Positions 59,308 to 64,000 of a stretch of 64,000 bases of DNA are shown here, one piece after another; the stretch's first letter is position 1, and each line of letters opens with the position of its first letter. The stretch is from an uncultured Acholeplasmataceae bacterium. Its GTDB lineage: Bacteria > Bacillota_I > Bacilli_A > Acholeplasmatales > UBA5453. The position numbers and the translations under genes were made by a program. Below the pieces are notes generated by a model. It worked only from the letters and a program-made list of their open reading frames with translations. It did no database searches and was not told the origin of the DNA. The DNA lies in assembly GCA_964649865.1 (NCBI GenBank), contig CAZYSQ010000001.1, forward strand, positions 13,849 to 77,848. The letters run 5' to 3'.

Positions 59308-60174
59308 TCAGGGGTTGCCGATGCGCGCGGCGAGCTCGTTCACGACCTGCTCGGCCAGCTCAGCGGGGATCGCCGCGGCGATCTTCTCCGGGGTGAGGCC
59401 GGCCAGGACAGCGGCAGCGATCGCACCCTCGTCGACGTCTGCGGCGGCCGGGTCCCGCGCGAGCAGCTGAAGAACGCCGTCGTGCGCGGTCTCCAGCGCG
59501 ACGCCGACCGTGTGCCCGCGGCGGTTGTACTTCGCGGTGAGCAGCTGCTCGACCGTCTCCTTCGCGATGGCCTTCCTGTCATCCTCGGAAACCACGTCGT
59601 CCTCCTCGAACATCCAGCGGGGCATCGGCCCCGGGTCGGTGTGATCGTTAGCGGGCACGTGACAGTGCCCGAAGTGACCGGACCTGTTCCGCCAGTTCGC
59701 CGCGTTGCGGGAGTTCCCCGACCATCGCGGCCAGCCGGACGGCCACTCATCCTCGACGCCCCAGGAGCGGAGCCACGCCATGATCTCCGGGAGGCCCTTG
59801 CAAGGTGTGTCCGCGACCGTGGCGTACTTCCGCCCGTCACGGACGGCGCCGGGCGAGAAGAACACCTCGATCTGAATGCACACGCGGCCCATGCGGTTGG
59901 TTTCGGCTGTGCCAGCGGGGTGGGCGAGCGCTCTCGCGGATTGGTTGGCCGGATAGAACTGGACAATGCGTCCGGTCCACGGGTCCCACATCAGGTGCGG
60001 GGCGTAGTTCACGGACTGCAGGTAGCCCGCGATGTTGTCGAAGGCGGGTTGCTTCCCGCCCTTCCCGAGCGAGTCCCACGTGATATGCCACACGGCGCGG
60101 GCCGGTCCACCCGCCATGCTGCCGCCGTTGCCTTCGGGACGGCGTTCCGCGCCAGACATCCACAGGTCTGCCAT
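59308..60174 (-). CDS. endolysin, N-acetylmuramoyl-L-alanine amidase-like
   Basis: WHITWDS ... RVCIQIEVF ... GHCHVPANDHTDPG. ATG 60174 follows a GAGGGGAG SD. Flanked by small TM proteins. Confidence 0.6.
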   Translation of the reverse strand: MADLWMSGAERRPEGNGGSMAGGPARAVWHITWDSLGKGGKQPAFDNIAGYLQSVNYAPHLMWDPWTGRIVQFYPANQSARALAHPAGTAETNRMGRVCIQIEVFFSPGAVRDGRKYATVADTPCKGLPEIMAWLRSWGVEDEWPSGWPRWSGNSRNAANWRNRSGHFGHCHVPANDHTDPGPMPRWMFEEDDVVSEDDRKAIAKETVEQLLTAKYNRRGHTVGVALETAHDGVLQLLARDPAAADVDEGAIAAAVLAGLTPEKIAAAIPAELAEQVVNELAARIGNP

Positions 60175-60207
60175 GTCAACGGCTCCCCTCTTCGCCACGA
60201 GTGGGCA

Positions 60208-60471
60208 TTAGCCGCACCTCAGTTCGCTGCGCAGCTCGTGGATCTGCTGCTGGATCCGCGCACCCCGCTCCGTTGTCGGCGGCGCCTGTGGCTGATCCAG
60301 CGAACTGAGCAGGTCACACCAGCGCTGATCAGACTCCCGCTGCACATGCCTCGTGTACGCGGTCGACGCGACCAGCGCCGCGACGAACAGCAACCCCACC
60401 GCGATCACCATCGCCACCGCGTACATCCGCCGCGCCGAGTACCTCACGGCACCATCACCCGGAGGTACCAT
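60208..60471 (-). CDS. single-TM protein (holin/spanin-like)
   Basis: MYAVAMVIAVGLLFVAALVAS. Confidence 0.5.
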   Translation of the reverse strand: MVPPGDGAVRYSARRMYAVAMVIAVGLLFVAALVASTAYTRHVQRESDQRWCDLLSSLDQPQAPPTTERGARIQQQIHELRSELRCG

Positions 60472-60697
60472 TCGACGGCGGCGACGAGGGCGACGAGGGT
60501 GAGGGCTCCACCGGAGGCGCCGAGGACTGCCCAGCGGTACCAGACTGCGCGAGCCACAGCGTCGCGAGAATGCCCGGCGCGATCATCAGGACGGCGAAGA
60601 ATGCGAGCCTCCCCAGGTCGGCGTGACCGCTCAACTCCTCGTGAATGACGCCCCAGACCCCGACGCCCAAACACACCAGGTCGCGGACGATGGTCAT
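60455..60697 (-). CDS. two-TM small protein (holin-like)
   Basis: VCLGVGVWGVI and LAFFAVLMIAPGILATLWL. The start is uncertain (60697 or 60718). Confidence 0.5.
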   Translation of the reverse strand: MTIVRDLVCLGVGVWGVIHEELSGHADLGRLAFFAVLMIAPGILATLWLAQSGTAGQSSAPPVEPSPSSPSSPPSNGTSG

Positions 60698-60804
60698 CCA
60701 TGCGGGCCCACGCCACACGCGCTCACCCCTCTATCTCTCGGAGCGGCGGCCGGACCGCTGACTGTGCCTTCATCTCTGGTCATCACCACACCGCACGGCC
60801 AGCG

Positions 60805-61590
60805 TTAGGGCCTCACGTAGTGGTTCGCGGTTCCGTTCTCGGGCCCACTGAAGTAGGACACGGAGTGGTATCCGGTCGCGAACGCGCCGGACGCGGGCTG
60901 CCATGCCCGGTAGCACCAGCCGGCGCGGCGGGCCATCTGCACGATCTCGACGGCCTGGGCGGACGGCAGCCCGTACGTGGACGCGCCCGCCGCGCTCACC
61001 TGCTCGGGCTTCACCGTCCACCGCACGTCACCGAAGTGGTCGTCGTCGGCCGCGTTCAGTGTGGCCAGCGCGCTGCCGAGCGCCGCATGGTCCGGGTGAT
61101 TGTCGCCGGCCCACATCGTGTAGTGCCCGACGGACGGCCAGCCGGCCGCAGCGAAGTGGTCCGCCCACGACTGGATCACCTGCGTTGCCCACGCCGTGCT
61201 GATGGTGTCCGGCAGGTCCGGCGACGCCATGGCCGGGGCGTCCGCCCGGCCGAGATGCACCCGCGACGCGGGGACGCCGAGTTGCGCGCACGCCGCGACG
61301 AACTCCCGGGTCCTCGCCTCAGAGAACGCGTCCAGGGTCAGCGGCGTGTAGCCCTCCCGGGCCGGGTAGTGCGAGCCCTTCCAGTACGTACCGTCGCTGG
61401 TCTCGCCGTTGATCTCCGCCCGGGCGCCCGACGACGCTCCGTTGCTGCACAGCACGACGTGGACTTCACGGCCGGCCAGCGCATGATGCGCGATCACCTG
61501 ACCCATGAAGAGCGTCTCGTCGTCCTGGTGCGGGCTGTAGAAGATCACCGGCTTCCCGGTCGGGTTCGCCGGTACGGGGTCAGTGGGCAC
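60805..61590 (-). CDS. PIG-L / LmbE-family deacetylase
   Basis: VIFYSPHQDDETLFMG and later HPDHAALG. Confidence 0.75.
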   Translation of the reverse strand: MPTDPVPANPTGKPVIFYSPHQDDETLFMGQVIAHHALAGREVHVVLCSNGASSGARAEINGETSDGTYWKGSHYPAREGYTPLTLDAFSEARTREFVAACAQLGVPASRVHLGRADAPAMASPDLPDTISTAWATQVIQSWADHFAAAGWPSVGHYTMWAGDNHPDHAALGSALATLNAADDDHFGDVRWTVKPEQVSAAGASTYGLPSAQAVEIVQMARRAGWCYRAWQPASGAFATGYHSVSYFSGPENGTANHYVRP

Positions 61591-61593
61591 AGG

Positions 61594-62940
61594 TCATCGC
61601 CTCTCAAGAGTGTTGAGCCGCCGCTCGATCGCGCTCGGCCAGCGGCGAAAATCAGGTTTCGGGCCGCCGAGGGTGAGGGTGACGGCCTCGCCGCCCTCCT
61701 CGTCCACGTCGAGCTGGACCTCGAACACCCTGGCCGTGGTGTCCACCGCCAGGCGCCCCGACGGGACAATCAGCCGGACCGTGTCCCCCACCCAGATGTG
61801 GTCCGGGCCCTCCCAGCCGCCGCGGACGAGCCGCACCGTGTACGTGGGCCGGATCACCTGCGACTGCGCAAGCTGCCATTCAGCGCGTTCATCCAAAGCG
61901 GCCTGCGTCACAAGACCGTCGTCGCCGAGCGCGGAATCCCACCGGCCCTGCGGATAAGCGCCGACCACATCCAGGTACGGGGCTTCCAACTCCGCCGGCG
62001 ACGGGCCCGGGGTCACATCGTCGCCCTGCGCACCAGTGAACCGGAGCGCGTTCGCGTACCCGCCCGTGTCGACCTCGCGGGACACCGTCGCGGCAAGGCC
62101 CCCCTGGACGAGGACCACACCCCGGTCACTGCCACGCTGCGGATACCACGCCTCCAGCGCCAGACCCGACGCCGACTGCGGCAAAATGTCCCAGTCGAAA
62201 CCGTTGATGACGTCGGACAACTCCTGGATCCGCTGCCCTATGGAGTCGCCAACTTCATACGTCCGATCACGGGCAACACCGGTGTAGCCGTCCGGGAACG
62301 CCTTGGCGATGCCCAGGCCACCGGACGTGTGCGTCTGTGTCTGCTGGATCAGGTCCCAGGCGATGTCGGTCTGGTCGACGGCGGTGTAAGTGAGCGTGTC
62401 GCCGGTCCACAAGATGCGGCGCCCGAGGACGGCCCGGTAGTCCAGGCAGGACACCTCGGTGCGGTGCTGGTTCTCGTCGATCTCGTCGCGGGTGCCGCCG
62501 ACCCGGCACCTGTCCAGGATCCGTGTGCCGGTCGCAGTCGAGAAGAGAAGGTGGACGTCGGTGGCCAACTCCTGGATCGACGCGGCTTGCGGGTGGCGTC
62601 CGTCGATGGAGAAAGACAGGTCGCTGTTGTCGGTGAGGCGGGCGGTGTAGCGGCGCCCCGTCGCCTCGGTCAACGCCAGTTCATGCCCGCCGGACGCAGG
62701 CCCGATGACGAGTTGCCAGCGGGTACGAGGGCGGGGCGGCGGCCCGATCCCCGTTTGCTTGGTGCCGGTGAGAGTAAGCGACGGTGCCCCGGCAAGAGCC
62801 AGGTCACCGGACCGGCCGGCGGTACCGGTAAGGGTCAGGGACGGTGACCCGGCGAGGACGAGGTCGCCGTGCGGCGGGCCGCCACTCGGAACCCTGCCCA
62901 CAACGGGCCGGGCCGGTTGGCCGCGCCCGAGCCTGGCCAT
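61594..62940 (-). CDS. minor tail protein (tail-tip / baseplate-hub-like)
   Basis: 448 aa in tail-gene position. N-terminal near-duplicate GDL(V/A)LAG(S/A)PSLTLTGT. No enzyme motif seen. Confidence 0.55.
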   Translation of the reverse strand: MARLGRGQPARPVVGRVPSGGPPHGDLVLAGSPSLTLTGTAGRSGDLALAGAPSLTLTGTKQTGIGPPPRPRTRWQLVIGPASGGHELALTEATGRRYTARLTDNSDLSFSIDGRHPQAASIQELATDVHLLFSTATGTRILDRCRVGGTRDEIDENQHRTEVSCLDYRAVLGRRILWTGDTLTYTAVDQTDIAWDLIQQTQTHTSGGLGIAKAFPDGYTGVARDRTYEVGDSIGQRIQELSDVINGFDWDILPQSASGLALEAWYPQRGSDRGVVLVQGGLAATVSREVDTGGYANALRFTGAQGDDVTPGPSPAELEAPYLDVVGAYPQGRWDSALGDDGLVTQAALDERAEWQLAQSQVIRPTYTVRLVRGGWEGPDHIWVGDTVRLIVPSGRLAVDTTARVFEVQLDVDEEGGEAVTLTLGGPKPDFRRWPSAIERRLNTLERR

Positions 62941-62951
62941 CGGCTACCCCC

Positions 62952-63656
62952 TCACCAGGTAGCGGCGCGGCGTACCGCGGCACGGGCAGCGACCCGAGCG
63001 ACGGGGCGGCTACTGTCGATAGGCCGCAACGCGATCGACCACGTCAGCACGTTCGCCGACGCGAACGGGTCCGCCGACACCCAGTTCGGGGGCGTGACAG
63101 CTACCCCGGCTGCCCGCGGCGTGGACAGGCCATCGTCAGCGATCGCGCAGATCGTCCCGCCCGACCCGGTTGCAAGCGATGCAGAGTCCGCTCGCTTGCT
63201 GTAAGCCGTCGTCCAGCTCGTGGTGCCTGATGAGGCACGCTCGCCGACGCCTGACAGGATCACGCATCCGCCGTGCAGTGGTGTCACCTGCGGGCACGGA
63301 TGCGTGGATACCGAGGAGCCCTCATCGCGGACGGCCCATGCCGAGATCGGCGCAGTCGGATGCGCGCCCCGATAGACGGCCATGACCGCCGACTGACGGT
63401 TGATCGCCGACCCGTCCAGGGTGACTGACCCGCCCGCGGACAGCGCCTGCCAGTACAGGCCCATCCGCATGGACCCCGAGTCGCCATCCACCAGCCCACC
63501 GGACGGCAACGTGAACCCGGACGGGAGGGCCGGCGTCGAGGTGTTCTGCATGAGCCACAGAAGTACTGCAACGTCACCGGCTTGCACGGACGGGAACGTG
63601 ACCGTCAAGTCTTCGACGTTGCCGCCTTCGGTGTCCTGCCCGACGAAAGACGTCAC
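62952..63656 (-). CDS. minor tail protein
   Basis: 234 aa, Gly/Ser/Thr/Ala-rich, coupled to the upstream tail gene. Confidence 0.5.
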   Translation of the reverse strand: MTSFVGQDTEGGNVEDLTVTFPSVQAGDVAVLLWLMQNTSTPALPSGFTLPSGGLVDGDSGSMRMGLYWQALSAGGSVTLDGSAINRQSAVMAVYRGAHPTAPISAWAVRDEGSSVSTHPCPQVTPLHGGCVILSGVGERASSGTTSWTTAYSKRADSASLATGSGGTICAIADDGLSTPRAAGVAVTPPNWVSADPFASANVLTWSIALRPIDSSRPVARVAARAAVRRAATW

Positions 63657-64000
63657 CCTTCCTCAAATTCGAGATATGCCTGGGTATTCACCGCGGCCGG
63701 TGCGGTGCAGCGCAGCACGAGCGCGTCCGCTGTGGTGGTCTGCATCGGTTCCCGGCCGAGCGGGAACTGCAGCACCATCCCCGTCTGCGGATGCACCAGC
63801 CACCGCTTCAGGACGGTGAGCACAGTCGGCTCGATGGTGAAGTTCCGCTTCCCCGACGACTGCGCGGCCCGCGGCACCCCACCCGACTGCGCGATCGTGT
63901 GCGACGTTGCCGTGCCCGCGGTCGCCTCAGTGGACGAACACAGCTCGACCGTGACGGGCTCGGCGGTCCCCGACGTCCCGTCGAAGGAGACGCCGAGCTC
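63653..64000 (-). CDS. phage structural (tail) protein, C-terminal part only
   Basis: The frame stays open to the window edge (ELGVSFDGTSGTAEPVTVELCSS...). The M in the ORF track is an internal GTG. Confidence 0.5.
   Translation of the reverse strand, partial: ELGVSFDGTSGTAEPVTVELCSSTEATAGTATSHTIAQSGGVPRAAQSSGKRNFTIEPTVLTVLKRWLVHPQTGMVLQFPLGREPMQTTTADALVLRCTAPAAVNTQAYLEFEEG

Larger units (their letters stand above)
57546..64000 (-). mobile_element. Phage late arm: distal tail genes and lysis cassette (continues beyond the right edge)
   Basis: Minus-strand tail-protein-like ORFs followed by a deacetylase, small TM proteins, an amidase, a peptidase and a holin-like protein. Confidence 0.75.

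Overview
High-GC (roughly 70 %) actinomycete DNA, Streptomyces-like, and almost entirely mobile. There is no rRNA, canonical tRNA or CRISPR array. I read four blocks. (1) 1-26.2 kb is a temperate siphophage early arm on the minus strand. It holds a cro/repressor switch, RecB-type nuclease, two HNH genes, RusA, RNA ligase plus Pnkp, WhiB, an initiator with internal iterons, a DnaC-like loader, DnaB, a C5 methylase and a large serine integrase. (2) 26.2-38.0 kb holds two plus-strand operons of small unknown proteins (including a DEDDh exonuclease), a second operator/regulator switch and a minus-strand accessory cluster. That cluster is a Panacea-domain antitoxin with an unknown partner, a membrane protein, and an XRE / YfbR-like HD / HTH-GIY-YIG operon. 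(3) 38.1-51.0 kb is a Streptomyces AICE/plasmid-like module. It has a GntR KorSA-like repressor, Xis-like HTH, WhiB, DUF2637-like and Spd-like membrane proteins, T5orf172, an FtsK/TraB translocase, a tyrosine integrase and a very dense GAACC/GGTTC repeat field. (4) 51.0-57.5 kb holds a YrlA-type Y RNA with a permuted tRNA-like module directly upstream of a Ro60/Rsr (TROVE+vWA) gene. It also holds a GntR gene, a WhiJ-type XRE/DUF397/ATPase triad, an orphan FXSXX-COOH-like peptide and an orphan Phd-like antitoxin. From 57.6 to 64 kb the phage late arm resumes on the minus strand with tail proteins, a PIG-L deacetylase, holin-like proteins, an amidase and a papain-like peptidase. The strongest candidates for something new are the Ro60/Y-RNA pair combined with Pnkp and RNA ligase on one element, the XRE-HD-GIY-YIG operon, the PanA-plus-unknown pair, and the repeat field that may be the clt site of the TraB-like motor. 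All functional calls rest on motifs read by eye in the ORF-track translations, and no database search was possible. Many start codons were re-assigned from the longest ORF to internal ATG/GTG codons that give ATGA/GTGA stop-start coupling or an SD-like sequence.
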